From Paraspadella gotoi (lineage: Eukaryota; Animalia; Chaetognatha), in assembly GCA_051294375.1 (NCBI GenBank), contig CM119265.1, positions 26,351,472 through 26,415,471 on the forward strand: DNA of 64,000 bases. Direction: 5' to 3'. Made by a program: the position numbers and the translations under genes. The notes under the pieces were generated by a model. That model made no database searches. It saw only the letters and a list, made by a program, of their open reading frames with translations, and was not told the DNA's origin. Positions 34,686 through 47,817 of this stretch are shown piece after piece (within the stretch, counting starts at the first letter, position 1; each line of letters begins with the position of its first letter).

Positions 34686-35359
34686 TTAGAAGTCTTCGTT
34701 TGCGGATCGTCTTTCTTCAAGCGTTCGTCGAAGATTCTCTAAGCCTCAACGGTTTTCGCCGGAACCCGTTGAGAAGAAGCCCGCCTGCGTCGGCCTCTGG
34801 TGCGAGCGAATTGACGATTCCAACATCGAAAGAACTTGAAAACTTTCGACGGACGTAAGGATCCGGCGGCGCCTTCCGGCTCTGCTTTCATTGCGATTAG
34901 GGATCCTCGAACTAGCGACGACGCCGTCGGGCGTAATTTTGGACACGTCGACGGATTGTGCATCGCCGCTCCTTCTCGAACTAGCAGTGAGATTGAAGTT
35001 CGGTTTCGATTCGTTATTTTTTCTGCAATCTTCGGTCTTCGGCTGCTAACGACTTCGCGAAGCTTTCCAACGATTTCAACGCCGCGTTTGGTCACCTGCG
35101 GCAGTGAATAGGATCGAGTGGAAATAAGCGCGCCAGAGATTAATTGCGTCGTGGGAGCTCGAGTGCCGAAATTCTTGATCGGAAATTCCCCTTTCGGCGT
35201 TTTTTGTGGGACTTCGTCGCTCGTTTGTAAGACGAATTTTAGATTTGCGCTAGTGCGTACGAACGAGAAAAATATCGATAACTTCGCGACGCCCGGACAG
35301 TATCCCCTCTCCCAAAATTTCTACGAGATATCTGGACTTTTACCCTTCTTCAAAGCGGA

Positions 35360-38300
35360 CATGGCTTCAGTCCCTGAACGCCGTACCCTTCAGGAATGCA
35401 ACATCTTCCTCGTAACCTTCACGTCGATGAAGTGGTCGAGGCACATGCGATATCGTACATCGCGCCAAAACCACTCCGACGCAAGAAACATTGCGGTCGC
35501 CAACGCGGAAAGACACGTAGTCCGTGCAGTCTACGAAAGAATCCGGGCCGCTATTTCGGAGGAACATGGGAAGACGAGGCGATGGAAGTTCTGTCGGGCT
35601 TCCTCAACCGCCTCCACAATATTCTTGGGCAGCGCCGCTTTCTCAATTCGCGGGCTAACTCTGTGTCGACGCGAGCCTCATCGGTTGAAAGCATCGCTTC
35701 GACAGGACGTCCGGCTCCGTTGCAACAAGGATGACGACGATGCCTGAGTTGCCGGATATTCCCTCTGAAGGGAACCGATTCTCCGGCTGCAAACCGTCCC
35801 GACGAACGGAAGCGTGGCGTCCATCCCGGCCGTTCTCGCCCCCTCCACCGTCTCCAGAAGAAGACGTCGATACGCCGTCCGTCTTATTTCCGTCCACATC
35901 AAGTGAGTTCGACGGATAAATTGCGCACCGAGGGAAATAATATCAATCCCGTCCCTATCGATCGACCCGGCGAACGAACTGTTCTGCGTCTTCGGGAGTT
36001 GCGTCCGACCGCTTCGGCGGTAGGGCTGGCTGCCCCTGAGACTGCTGCGGTTACTCGTACAGGAACGACGAGAGCTCATAGTCTATCTTCGGACATCGAT
36101 GCCGCCGCAACGAGATCAACCCCGCGGAAGGCTCGGTAGCCGATTTGACGTCTCTCGTCGGCGTCGAGGAAGTGCGCCGGATTTTAGTGCGATTTTTTCG
36201 ACTCTTCGTGGAGCATCGGATAAACTGAGAGCGATGCGTGACGCGACGGATCGCGATATACGTAACGTAGCCGCCGCAGATCGCGCATTAAGGACGAGAG
36301 CGGAAAGAAACGAGAGAAGAAGAGAGAATATGTTAAGGTCAGCAGAACGAGTTTTCGGCGACGCCGAGGGAGGCCTGTTCAGAAGCCCCGCGTCGACGAC
36401 GTCTTCGCGTACGGCGAATGGGTCGCGGCTCGCGACATCCCCCCGCAACGAGCCCTTCTCTCGACAACTTGTAGACGGCCTGAAAATTGAAACTCCTCCA
36501 CCGGCTTACGACGTAAAGATTCAACATCATGAGTCGCCCCAACGCCTAAATGAAGCCGGCGCTAACGTAGCGTCTGTTCAAGGCGAGCGTCCTACTCCGG
36601 AACAAAGGAATAGAGGCGAGGGGCGGTAGGCGTGGGAGCGGTGTCCGATGACGCCGCCCGCCCGCCGAATCCGTCGCGAGAATCCACAAGTGACTATGGA
36701 GTTTCTACGCGACGCAATTAGGACCTCTTCAATGAAGGATTGCGTCGACAGGCGGAAGGATGCGGGGAGTCGTTCCTTCCCCTTCCTCCCGCCCCCGTAC
36801 TGACTGGCGCCCCTACCGCTGCGGGCGATGAACGCCGAGGCGGCTCAGTATTTTGTCCCCGAGAAGCGACGCCGATTCATCAGCTTCACACGCTTTCTCG
36901 AGCCTCAAGGCATCCAACGGCCGCCGTCCTCCATACCGGCGCCGTCTGAGGCAGCCTTCGACCGCTTCGCTGCGATGGCGACGGCGTTTTTAGGAATTCA
37001 AGCCAGACACTCGCCTTCCAATTGCTCCAGCAGCAGCGCCCGAAAAACAAAGTGGATGAAAATACATCACGTTTGGATTTCGAGCGTCAACTTCGAGATT
37101 ATCAAGTCAGCGTCTGTGCGTTGGACGGCGCGACGGATCCGATGAAGTTGAAGGAGCTTCCCATTGGTTCGATGGTCTTCCCAAGCGAGTCGATCGAACG
37201 TTTTCTGACGCAGACCGACGCGACCTCGGCTCTTGCGGACGCCCTCATCGTCCTCAAGAAGAAATGGGAATGAAGCGGACGACGGCAGATGAAGATGATT
37301 GAGCAGGATCCTCTGGCGGTCCGAAGCTCGATCGTAAGGATTCGGTGAGTCATCATAGCTTGTTAATAACCTTGCAGCAGGTGTACGACCTCGCGAGGAG
37401 AACGGGCAGGCTTGCGGTTCTCGATCGTGCGGCCGTCATGGCGGATCTACTCGCGAAGCGGATGCCACATTATCAGATAAGTGGGCTAAAAAAAGTGGTT
37501 ACTTACCGACAAATCACCATTGGGATGATGATCTTTCTTTAGTGATTTTTTGTCTTTTCTAGCCATTAACCAGAGGGTCCTTGAATTTTAGACCGCCGGC
37601 GAAGGTCAGCGAAGACGCCTGCGACGACGGAGAAGACGAAGGCGACGGCGAAGGTCAACGTCGCCAAAGCGGAGAAGACATTGAGACGAAGAAAGCTTCG
37701 ATTCTCCGCCGCTTCTACCCCCGCCCCTGCGGGAGCGTCGGCATCAAAGCCGACGTCGTCGTCGATGCGCCGGGACCTAAAACTTTTGTGCCTTGCCCAC
37801 ATTGTGAGGGGAAGCATTATGCGAAGCTGTGACAAGTTCAGCGACTGAAGCCCGCTAGTCGCCGCAAATTTATCGGCCTCTCAAGCCCGCTGCTTCAACT
37901 GTTTGGGAAGCGGTCATCTTTGTCGAGACTGCCCTACAAAGAGCGATGTTTTGTAGTAAAAATCCATCATCCGCTCCTTCATGTTGACGGCCCGACCACC
38001 GCCGGAGCGCGGGAAGCTTCAAAGCTACGCCTGCAAATCGACAACACGAGCAGCGGAGAAATGAAGAAAGTCTGCCGCCGCCGCCGTACGACGGGATCGA
38101 CGGCGAGTGAAAAGACTGCGTGACTTGCCGCGTAGCCGCCGGCGAGGGGCACGTTTACCGCCCAGTGGGTCCAATCGTGATCTTGTCGGTCCAACGACGA
38201 TATTCAACCTACGCGCTTCTGGACAGCGGGGTAATAAGTGCGTCATCAACGTCCAACTCGCGAGGCGATGAAATTGCCCTTAGTCATGTAAATTTTGAAA

Positions 38301-39345
38301 TTAACTACTCTCGGGCTCTGAGTCTACACTCCCTAGGCCAATGGTGAGGAAGATGAAGATTTCTTCAGTCGACGGTTGCATTGGAATTGGACCTGGCCCG
38401 AGGATGTCCCTTGCCGTCGACATCCTGTCTTCGGAAGTACGACGCGCCTCGTCTCAGCGAGGGAGATTTCTTCCTTGCTCATCTAGCGGATGTCGAGATT
38501 CGGCTTTCCACGAAAAGAGATCGGCTTTATTCTTTCACCGAATAACCTGGATGATGAACCGGAGAGATTACGCAGTGCGAATTTAAGGATGCTCCCATTG
38601 GCGTTAAAACCGAGATGGGATGAAACCATCGGCGGCCACCGCGGCCAAGGGTGTCAGAGCTCCGCGGGAATCCATCAAAGTGACCTGTCACCGTATCAAG
38701 TTGACGACGAGCAGAACTCAGCCGCGAATTCAGCGTCTTTTTGAAGCGGATTTTCCGCCCGGCGCCATCGGCGAAGCCTAATCTAGCGTGGCAAGACGAC
38801 TTCGCCATGAGCCAAGCTCGGTCTGACCGATATCCAGTTCGACGAGACTGATCGGACATTGGAAGGTTGGGCTTGCCTTGGAAGGAAGGCCGGAAAAAGG
38901 CTGCGGAGATTCTGACAATTAATTTCGTCTGAGATGGCCATGAATCGGCTTCCTGGAAAGCCCGGGCAAGGATCGGCGAGAGCCGCTTCGCAAAGAAGAG
39001 TCTTTAAGCAGTCAAGGAAATCATCGACGAGTCATGCGCATTCGAATAGATGATTCCAGCAGTCCCGGACGGCAGAACCAATTTGGTGCTTGCCCACTCA
39101 TATCGCAACGAGAGCTGACAAGCCAGGAAAAGATCGCGTCTGCCATGACGCCAAGGCGTCTTGCGACGGATCAAGCTCAACGATCAGCTTCCTACCGGCC
39201 CGACCTAATGTAATAATTCTTCTTGGCGTCCTTTTCCGCTTTCGCCGTCACGAAATCTCCCTCGACTCCGAGTGCGGATTCTTTCATCAAGTGCTCGTCG
39301 ACGAAAAGATCGCCATGTGTTTCGCTTCTGGTGGTTTTGAAGACG
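35360..39345 (+). pseudogene. BEL/Pao gag-pro-RT, frameshifted
   Basis: CPHCEGKH (37794), CFNCLGSGHLCRDC (37891), HHPLLH (37965), protease TYALLDSG (~38210), GLPWK (~38870), RT-like KPGKDRVCHDA and LLGVLFRFRRH...FFHQVLV...FRFWW (39120-39335). Confidence 0.85.
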
Positions 39346-42300
39346 AAAACAACCTGGGTCGGCAGCCTTGGAGTGGACGGCTGCATCGCCCCTCCTCCGG
39401 TTCGACTTCGGATGAGGATATGATCCCTTTTGTCCTACCGCCAGAGAGGAAGGAGAGGCGGAGTGAGTGAGAGGCGGCCTTCAGAGAACAGCGTCAGCTG
39501 GCGGCGGGTTTCGAGGCGGCTTCCTTCACAAGAAAGTTGTCGCGGAAGCCTCGTCGAAGGCAGGAAGAATCCTCCCGAGGCGATAGTGACTACGTCGGGG
39601 CTCTTCGAGTCAGGGTGTTCGTCGCCGAAGGCGTAAGGCTTCTTCCGGGGTCGGCAAAGGGTCGTGGGGGCAGGCGCGACCGGGAGTCCGGCAGCAGCCA
39701 GAGAGAGTAGCGTCGTTCGTTCGTTCGTTCCTCTCCGTTCGTGCGGGGGGTACTACAATTTTTCGATATGAATAATTTAGTATTTATTAGAAAAAATATT
39801 TTTTAATAATCTTGTTCGTTTATTAGAAAATGGATATTTTTTCGATTTATTTAGTATTATAGTTACTAACCCATTGAATTTTCAAAGTTTTTTTTAGTTT
39901 CTTTTCAGATTCGTTTCGTTAGGACGTTGAGAAAAAGGTGAAGATTGAGTCAAGGTCAAGCTTCTTTGGTTAAGCGAGAGAGGACAAAACAACCACGTCG
40001 CCAAAGCGTGTTCTTCCCGACCAGAACAAGACGGAAGACGAAACCACTCTCGGAGCGGTGTTGCCAACCACCCACTGCATAGGAAACGCCCCGATCTGTC
40101 CACATTTTTTGTATTTATTTAGCTTTTTGTATTTTTTGATAGCTCAAGAGAAGGATGGCGACAATTTAGAGTAGGTAAAGAATAATATAGATTATCTCTC
40201 TTTGATCGTTATTTATTATTCATATTTGCCCCCTAACGTTTTTTCAGCTTTTATAAAATTTTTTGCTTCGACTTTTCGAATGTCTCTAGACCGGACGGAG
40301 CCTCGGCAAGCCGACGCTAAAAATATCACAAATATTTAGGCCTTCGGGAGTGACGGTCTCTCTTTCAAGACTGTCTCCCTGCGCGCCGCTTAGGCGGGGG
40401 CTTTCCTTTACGTATAGCCGATTCCGCTCCAGAATGGTTGGGAAAGTCGCCGGGAAACTTCGAATATTTTTTCTAAATCGGTTACGATAAGTTTTTTGTT
40501 TGACCTTCGCCTCCTTCTTGGCGTCGAACAACTTTACCGAAACCCTTTAAGTACTACCTATCGAACGTTTACGACGCGGTCTCTGATGGCAAGTAAATCG
40601 TTTCGTATTTCGTTTTGGTATATTGTACGCCCACTTTTTTGTTGTTTTACTCCCTTAAAAATAGTTAGCAGTGGAGCTGGTAGGGAGCCAGCGACGAGAA
40701 GGTTTATATGTATTGCTTGCTTACTTTTTGGCAGGGTTCGAGGGGTCTCGCCCCATCCGTAGTTTTTCTTAGCCTCGCGAATACTTGATCTCGTTGCTTC
40801 GGCATTCGGATGCTTAAAGGGAAGGGTAAACCAATAAAATAACTTCCTTTCAGCGCATTTCTAGATTGGTTACCGTTTTTAGAGTGATAGATTATTAGGT
40901 TTTCGTATTTTCGGGTTTTGTTTAGGTATTTGATTTCGTTTTTAGGTCTAGTCTAATATTTTTTATTTTGCCAACCTACTACGACATAAGGTAGATAAGG
41001 AATGTTAATTATTTTTGTTTTCAGTGTATTTCACAGCTTTATTTCAAGAATAATTCATTTCAGAAGAAGAAGTTTTACAAGATTCGACGGCGAAGATATT
41101 ATACAATTCGATGTTTCAATTTACTATTTTTCCCGTAGGATAGGGTCTAAGGTTTTTTGTTCGTAGTACGGGTTGTGCGTCTCTAATATTTTTTGGTAAG
41201 GAGTCGAATATACGCAGATCTTTCAAAGATTCGGTCTTTCGTATCGGGGTCCTCATCGAGAATCGTAGAGGGACGCTTGAAGAATGCTTGTTGACATGAC
41301 TGAAGATATGCCTTGGCGATTCTCTGATGCGGCCACCTGCGTAAGGAAAATTTGAATATTTGAGATTGGTTATTCGCCCTCAGGTTGTTCGTACATGAAA
41401 GGCACCTTTTTGCCTCGCCATGTTCGTTTGAGGTCGAAGGGTTGATTTCTTCTTAGCCGGTCCGAAATTAACTTCGAGATCCTATTTCGTTCCTGCGGGG
41501 GCGGAAAGTTGCATTTCGGTAAGAGCGTGTATATCGCTTTACCAGATCGACACCTTTTTATTTTTTCTTTACCTTTCGGTTCTTTAGAATTCGAATTTTG
41601 GTCGCGGTGCCGTATTATCCTTAGTAATTCGGGGCTTCCATTGATATTCAGCTTCTTTCCTTTAGTTGGGCTTACTTTCGGAGTCGCGGGTGTAACATAT
41701 GTCGGGCTCGAGATCGGCCACGGGTCAGTTACAACGGCTTCGCGTCTTCGACCTAAGTGAAAAATATCGGGTTAAAGTCAGGCCACCGGGGTCAGTTATA
41801 ACCGACTTTAGATTTCGATTAAAGGCCTATATTGTTTTGCTATTATTTAGTTATTTGGTTAGTAATATGCCCGAGCTAGTAAACCGAAATTCTATGTTTT
41901 GTTAGTCAGTTAGTTGAGTTATTTTAGCTCCCAATGTCTCATTCCCCCCCTGCCTTGTGTCAATTCATTTCTAGGATCTTTCATTGTGTCATTTTTCAGT
42001 TAGCGGGCGAGTGTTTTAGAATCAGAAAAATTCCGTTTTACGGTTTCGTTTGTATTAATAATGGTTGTTAAGGGTGTACTGAAACACGCCGTTGCGACAG
42101 TCAGAATTACCTTTTTATTTCGCAGTCAGGTTTGGTACGCTTCGGTTACCGTAACACGGCGCTTCGCGATTGAGCGGCGGCTGTATGAGCGGTATCTTTC
42201 GGCTGTACGCGTGACACCGATCGTAGAATCGAACTCGAAGCCGTTGTTTTTTGTATCAGTCACGAGAGATATTTGTTGTTATTACAGGGACGTATTTAGT

Positions 42301-42880
42301 TTTCTCTCGTTACTCATGATAGTATCTCTGATTTCGTGTACTTATCTGTCCTACCGTGTTTCATCTCGTCTTCAAACATCCATGACTATGAACTAACACG
42401 CGTGTAAGAGCTTATGCGCCGGTCAGTTGTAGTTGCAGACTCGCTTCTCGCTACTCCTCCGTTTTGTCGGCTTTATATCTGAGGTAAAGACTCGTTTGGT
42501 CTTCTGTTTCTTACATTTGGGATAATCCGCCAGGACTTGTATTATTCGTTGTTATAGGTCTTCGCATAAGTTCGATTATACAGAGCTCGCCATAGGCGCG
42601 GATATAGTATTTGCATATCATCGGATCCATTTCAAGGACATGCTTTTCAATTCTTCTTCTCCCACTACTTAGCTTTCGCATGCACCGGAGCCGGGCGATC
42701 CGGAATACATCCTGATCGACGGTTGTTCCATAAAATGATGACGTTATCTCCGACTCAGGGAAGGTCCGTCCGGCGCTAAGGCGAGGATCTAAGGCAATGG
42801 TATAGCAGCAGCCAGGAGAATATCGCCCGAGTGCTGTCGTGACTTCTCGCTTTATAGCATCTAGGTCGGGAGGAAGGGTT

Positions 42881-43861
42881 TGTGTACGACACAAATCATT
42901 CTTTTACTGCGGAATTAGAGTGAATATTCTGATCACATTTCGCGTATCGGGACAGAAGTCGCCGAAAACGGCCTTACGCTGGGACTTCTTCTTCTCCGGG
43001 GTTTTCGAGGCCGCACAAACCCGATGTTTGCAGTGGCTTTTGATTTCAATCCTTCGACTACGCAAGAAATATCTATTCTTTGGTCATAGTAGCACGATCG
43101 CCAGTCACAGGCAGACCATCTTTTATATGTTTCTTATATTTGTTGAGATACCATTATTGTATTACTGAGATTTGGACCTCAACTAAGTACAGCTTCCGGA
43201 GTGGCTCTTGGACGCAATGGTGTAGTCTCCTGATTGGAGTTCCCAGCCGTTTTTTAGATCCTCCCAGCATTGAGGCGGTCTATTCATAATACGACCGTGA
43301 TAGGAGGCCTCAATTCGGAGGTACAGATTTGGCGCGTCAAGTGCTTAGGCCAGGATAGACGTGTTTGTTTACTACTTTTTAAGTATAATAGAATCCGCCT
43401 CTAATATGTAAGTTAATTCGACTCTCTTTCTGATTGACAATAGAATCTCGAAGATAGGACTCAGCGCTGCGAACTTTGTGTTGGACTTTCATTGTAATAG
43501 TAAGAGTTACAACCATTTCTAGCAATTTGGCTCAGAAACAAGTAAGATGGATTCTTTAAACTTTATATATATATTTGGCTGAGTGTGTATTACAAATGTT
43601 TTGTTATTCTTGCCCAGGACTTTAACTCTACTCTACACTCATCTCAATCAATTTAGATAGAAGTTGCTGGGCTTGCTTTGTCGTCAGATCATCATCTTGA
43701 GGCGTCTTGACCGCGCATCCGTCCCCTCGTCCCCCCCCCCCCGGCCCCCCGGGCCCCAAATCCCTCAACTCGAATTCCTCTCGTTTTGATAGCGCAGGAT
43801 CAGCTCGCCCAGTTTCAAGGTTGTCAACGAACAAGCACCTCTACGAACATAGTTCAATACA
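42881..43861 (+). repeat. 3' LTR, inflated to ~980 bp by insertions; purine tract just upstream
   Basis: Colinear with the 5' LTR (e.g. CAGAAACAAGTAAGATGGATTCTTTAAACTTTATATAT); GGGAGGAAGGG at ~42868-42878 is PPT-like. Confidence 0.72.
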
Positions 43862-44293
43862 ATAGGTTTCCTTAAGGTTAATTTTTCTCACAACGTCGGT
43901 TAACCGTTAAAAATCGACTTTTTAAACCGTTAACGGTTAAAATCAGTTAATTTAATGATTTAGCTTATTTGATAATATAAATGCAAAAAAGAAGGAAAAC
44001 AATTAAAACTTTGTATTCGAATCTTTATTTCAATATATAGGATGCACTGATAAAGCAAACGAAAAAATTGAATTATAATTGAATATCTTTTTTAAAATTT
44101 AATAGCTAACTTTATAAAGCGTCAACAGTTAAAGTTTTGAGTTAAGAGATAAAATTTATTTTTGCACTTCTCCGCTGAGACTGAGGTTAAATAAATTACA
44201 AAAATACAATACAAAAAATTTTTGAAATAACTTGGTATGTAGTCGGGCATAGCATAAGTTCACTCTGCCTTTAAGCATGACACCTACAGTCGT

Positions 44294-44530
44294 GACCCGC
44301 TGGCTCATTGAGTAAAGCCATCATCAGCTCATGACCACAAGGTACCGGTTCAATCCCAACCCGGTACCTACCCTGGGGAAGTGTGAGGACGGCCGTAAGC
44401 CGACTTTGGGACGTGGAAAACCTACAAGCCTTGATCCAAGCCCAGGAACCGTTCCATGGCTGCTGGAGGGTGTAAAACAAGTTCCGGAGAGTCATCTTCA
44501 GTCCACTTTATCGCCTTATCAAGCGTTTTC
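44294..44530 (+). mobile_element. tRNA-derived SINE-like sequence 1 within the hAT-like element
   Basis: A-box-like TGGCTCATTGAG (44301), anticodon-loop-like CTCATGA, B-box-like GGTTCAA(A)TCCC (44347), followed by a GC-rich body. Confidence 0.6.
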
Positions 44531-44904
44531 AGTATCGTCTGTCTCTTCAATGTGTGACGTCAGTTTTCATGAATCTTTTCCGCTGAATATTAAGTAAATG
44601 ATGAATGAAAAGTACAGATGAAGATCTAGAAACTTGTATTTTATATCAAAATGTCCATAAAAGTCCTTTAAAACTCAAGTTCAGGACGGGCGATGCTACT
44701 TTTTGAAAGTCATGAGTTTTCGCCAAATTACGACTCAGAGATCGACAAACGAAGACAAAAGACCGACTAGTAAATAATTTGGCCGAACGATGAGGGAAAC
44801 TTAAAGTAGGGTCAAAAAATAAGAGCGAAAAAGACAGAAAATAACTGAGGCGAAATATAATATAAAATAAATAAATAATTTTAGTGATACGACTGTTCCT
44901 ACTA

Positions 44905-45100
44905 TCAGCGCCGTATTCTCTGAACCCAATGGTCCCGGGTTCTAGCCCTGGTCGGGAAAAGAGTGAAATTGCCAGTTAAACCATCGGTTGCAAGCCTACC
45001 GCCGGATCCAAAGTTCCGGAAAGCAAGGCAACACTTAGTGTGGGGGTTATTCACGTTCACATAGAGGCATGGCGACCTTCTCTCCTCTCGGTCATTTCAT
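44905..45100 (+). mobile_element. tRNA-derived SINE-like sequence 2 (5'-truncated) within the hAT-like element
   Basis: CTCTGAA loop-like motif then T-arm-like CCCGGGTTCTAGCCCTGG; GC-rich body ending in an AT tail. Confidence 0.45.
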
Positions 45101-46790
45101 AATAAATATAAAAACTTATATTTATATAAAAAAAATGTCAGTCTGATTTGAGCGCATCACTTTGATTTAAGAAAATATTTCTAAAAACATAATAAGTTAA
45201 ATAAAACAAAATATTTTTTACCAAAATATCTAAATTGGAAAAAAAATTTCACCGAATTTAACCGTTTAAACGGTTAAGTTAAAAAAAATTTCAACTGTAT
45301 TAACGGTTAATTTTTAACGGTTAAGGAATCTCTAGTCATGAAGGAAAATTTAAAACCTTATAAGGCTTAATTATTTTTCAATGTTGTTATGGATGTATTT
45401 ATATATAGTTGTAATGAGTTTTAAAAAAGGAAATTGTTTTAATATCATTAAATTAAACCAAGCAATTTTTTCAAAGCCACTTATTTTACTTTTCATAATA
45501 TGACTTATGACTTTATAGTTTATATTTCTCAAGCTAATCCCAGATAGAGGAAACATATTAGACAATTAATTGTGATTTTGCTTTTAATTTTTTTTGTCTA
45601 TTGCACCTATCTATCTATTTTTTTTATTTTAGGACTAAAAATTCATCTTAAAAAACAAATTTAAAAACTTTTTATTATTATCTTTATTGATAATAAACTC
45701 AAATTTACAACCGGTTTTTATGCTGTGTACGAATTGTATGTTTGTAGAAGCAGAAAGACTTGTATTGACATTGAAAACTTGAAAAAATGAACTGATTATT
45801 TTAATAAAAACTAAAGTATAAAGTCTTTCTTAAGTTTTTCTCTACCGCATTTTGTCTTAGAAAGTTAATGCCAATTTCATGACATTAACCCATTTCATAA
45901 GCTTTTAAAAACAGAAAAAAATTGTCATTCCGTTTGATTTTATTGAGTACTTTAATTAACTTTTAATTATGATCATCAATAAAGTTTACAAAGATTTTTG
46001 CAATCACAGTGAAGAAAATCTTTTGTATTTTCTATGCCTGCGGGGTCGCGCGTTCGAGGCGTCGGCCGTCGGATGAACAAATTTTGACAAGGACAAGGAT
46101 TTTCGTAGTATCTACCAAATCTTGAAGCGTAAAGAAAACGTCGAAAAATGTCGAATAAATTGTGAATTATTTGTATTTTTGTAAAGATCTATGGCAAATA
46201 AATGAAATGTCGAAATAAATGTTTGTAATAAATCCTTGGAATCCGTAAAAACTTTAAAAAAGATTCCGATCGAATAATAAGTGACGGGGTCCAAGGAAAA
46301 ATGATCGGACGCGAGGTCCACCAAATCTTACACACGACGTGTAAAATCTACTAATGAAACGTTCTCCTTCCATCAGTCCCAAATTGCAGAATCAGCCAAT
46401 AATCGTAACCATCAACCATTTCCTTTATTTCTCAAAATTTGTTCCTTTTCGACTTTTGTTAAATCTCAGAAAGAGCTCAGAAAAAAATTAGTCTCAAAAA
46501 GTAAAACGTGTTTACATTTCATTGTCTAATGTTCATAGAAAGGCCCCCTCTACTTTGTTGTTTTTTTATTCATACAGGTTTATAAATATTCAATTTATTT
46601 GTTTTGTCCTTTTATTGTGACCTCTTGAAACAAAAATCTTTTTGTCCCCGTCTGCCTGGGATCTTTCTTTCCTCACCCTTTGTTATTCCCTCAACAAATT
46701 TGATAAATTTCTGTCACCAGCGCTGAAGACTTTTTACCTTAATTCCATCTTCTTTGCTGTTTTTTTAACCTCCTTATTTTGTATCGCCCA

Positions 46791-46872
<82 letters not shown>

Positions 46873-47279
46873 TCGCCAAATTTTTCCACCCCCTTTGGAG
46901 AAAAAAAGCCATTTCCCGCCAGAGAGGGCCTGAGGGCCTCGGGGGTCACCGTTCTCGCGCCCCGCCCACAAGGGTCAATTCATGCGGAGAACGTTTGGAG
47001 GAGGAAGAGGAGGGGGAGGAAGAGAAGGGGGTTGAAGGTAGAGAGAAACATTGGGTTTAGGGGAAAGGATAGTTTACTTGTAGAAAAAAAGAAAAGAAAA
47101 GAAACGAAAAGAAAAGAAAAGAAAAGAAAAGAAAAGAAAAGAAAAGAAAAGAAAAGGTCCGTCATCCTTACCACGGTTTAGTTTGATCAGCATTTTTAAA
47201 GATCTCTCTATTTTTTAAGGGATTTTGTTCATTTATTTTTAGAAAAGGGAGATTGATGCGCTGATAGAGAGGGAGAGAA

Positions 47280-47324
<45 letters not shown>

Positions 47325-47599
47325 GAGAGAAACTTTAAGAATTAAAAAATAAAGTAGATCAAAAAAAAAATTAATTAAGAAAAATTTCTGAATGACGTAA
47401 AAAATAGAAAACAGAAAAAAAAAGAATCAAGTTTTTGAAAATATTTAATAAAAAAAATATATATATTTTCGTTTTTGCTACTCAACTTTTTCTCTACCTT
47501 ATAGCTCTCGCTTTTTTTTATATTTTCAAAAATAAAAACGATCTGTTTTACANNNNNNNNNNNNNNNNNNNNNNNNNCCGAGTAGAGATTCACCATTTC

Positions 47600-47767
47600 T
47601 ACAACTAAAAAATCTTAAAAGCATAAGAGATCGAGCCTGCTTTCGAATGGGTATCCAAATTTGATGCGATGAAACCAAATGATGGATGCGATGATAGTAA
47701 TTCATTGATGCGATGATAATCATTCATTGATGCGATGATAGTCATTCATTTGACGCGATGAGTCATT

Positions 47768-47817
<50 letters not shown>

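Larger units (their letters stand above)
33968..43861 (+). mobile_element. BEL/Pao LTR retrotransposon (degenerate; RNase H/integrase not recognisable)
   Basis: TGT...ACA termini; 5-bp TSD ATAGG (33963-33967 and 43862-43866); triple Zn-knuckle Gag, protease and BEL-type RT motifs. Confidence 0.9.
43863..45334 (+). mobile_element. hAT-like non-autonomous DNA transposon (~1.47 kb)
   Basis: Imperfect TIR TAGGTTTCCTTAA / TTAAGGAATCTCTA; AACCGTT/AACGGTT subterminal repeats at both ends; 8-bp TSD GTCATAAA (33956-33963) / GTCATGAA (45335-45342). Confidence 0.78.

Noticed and set aside
34686-34710. Primer-binding site after the 5' LTR
   Set aside because: TTAGAAGTCTTCGTTTGCGGAT only weakly resembles a tRNA-Tyr PBS (TGGTCCTTCGAGCCGGAT) and lacks TGG, so it was not called.
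42061-43289. 100-130 aa ORFs as a possible env gene
   Set aside because: No recognisable motifs; they lie in an insertion-riddled stretch that partly overlaps the 3' LTR.
42881-43861. Large LTR-LTR divergence implying an ancient insertion
   Set aside because: The differences are overwhelmingly insertions typical of noisy long reads. The intact TSD and the existence of an empty allele argue for a recent insertion.
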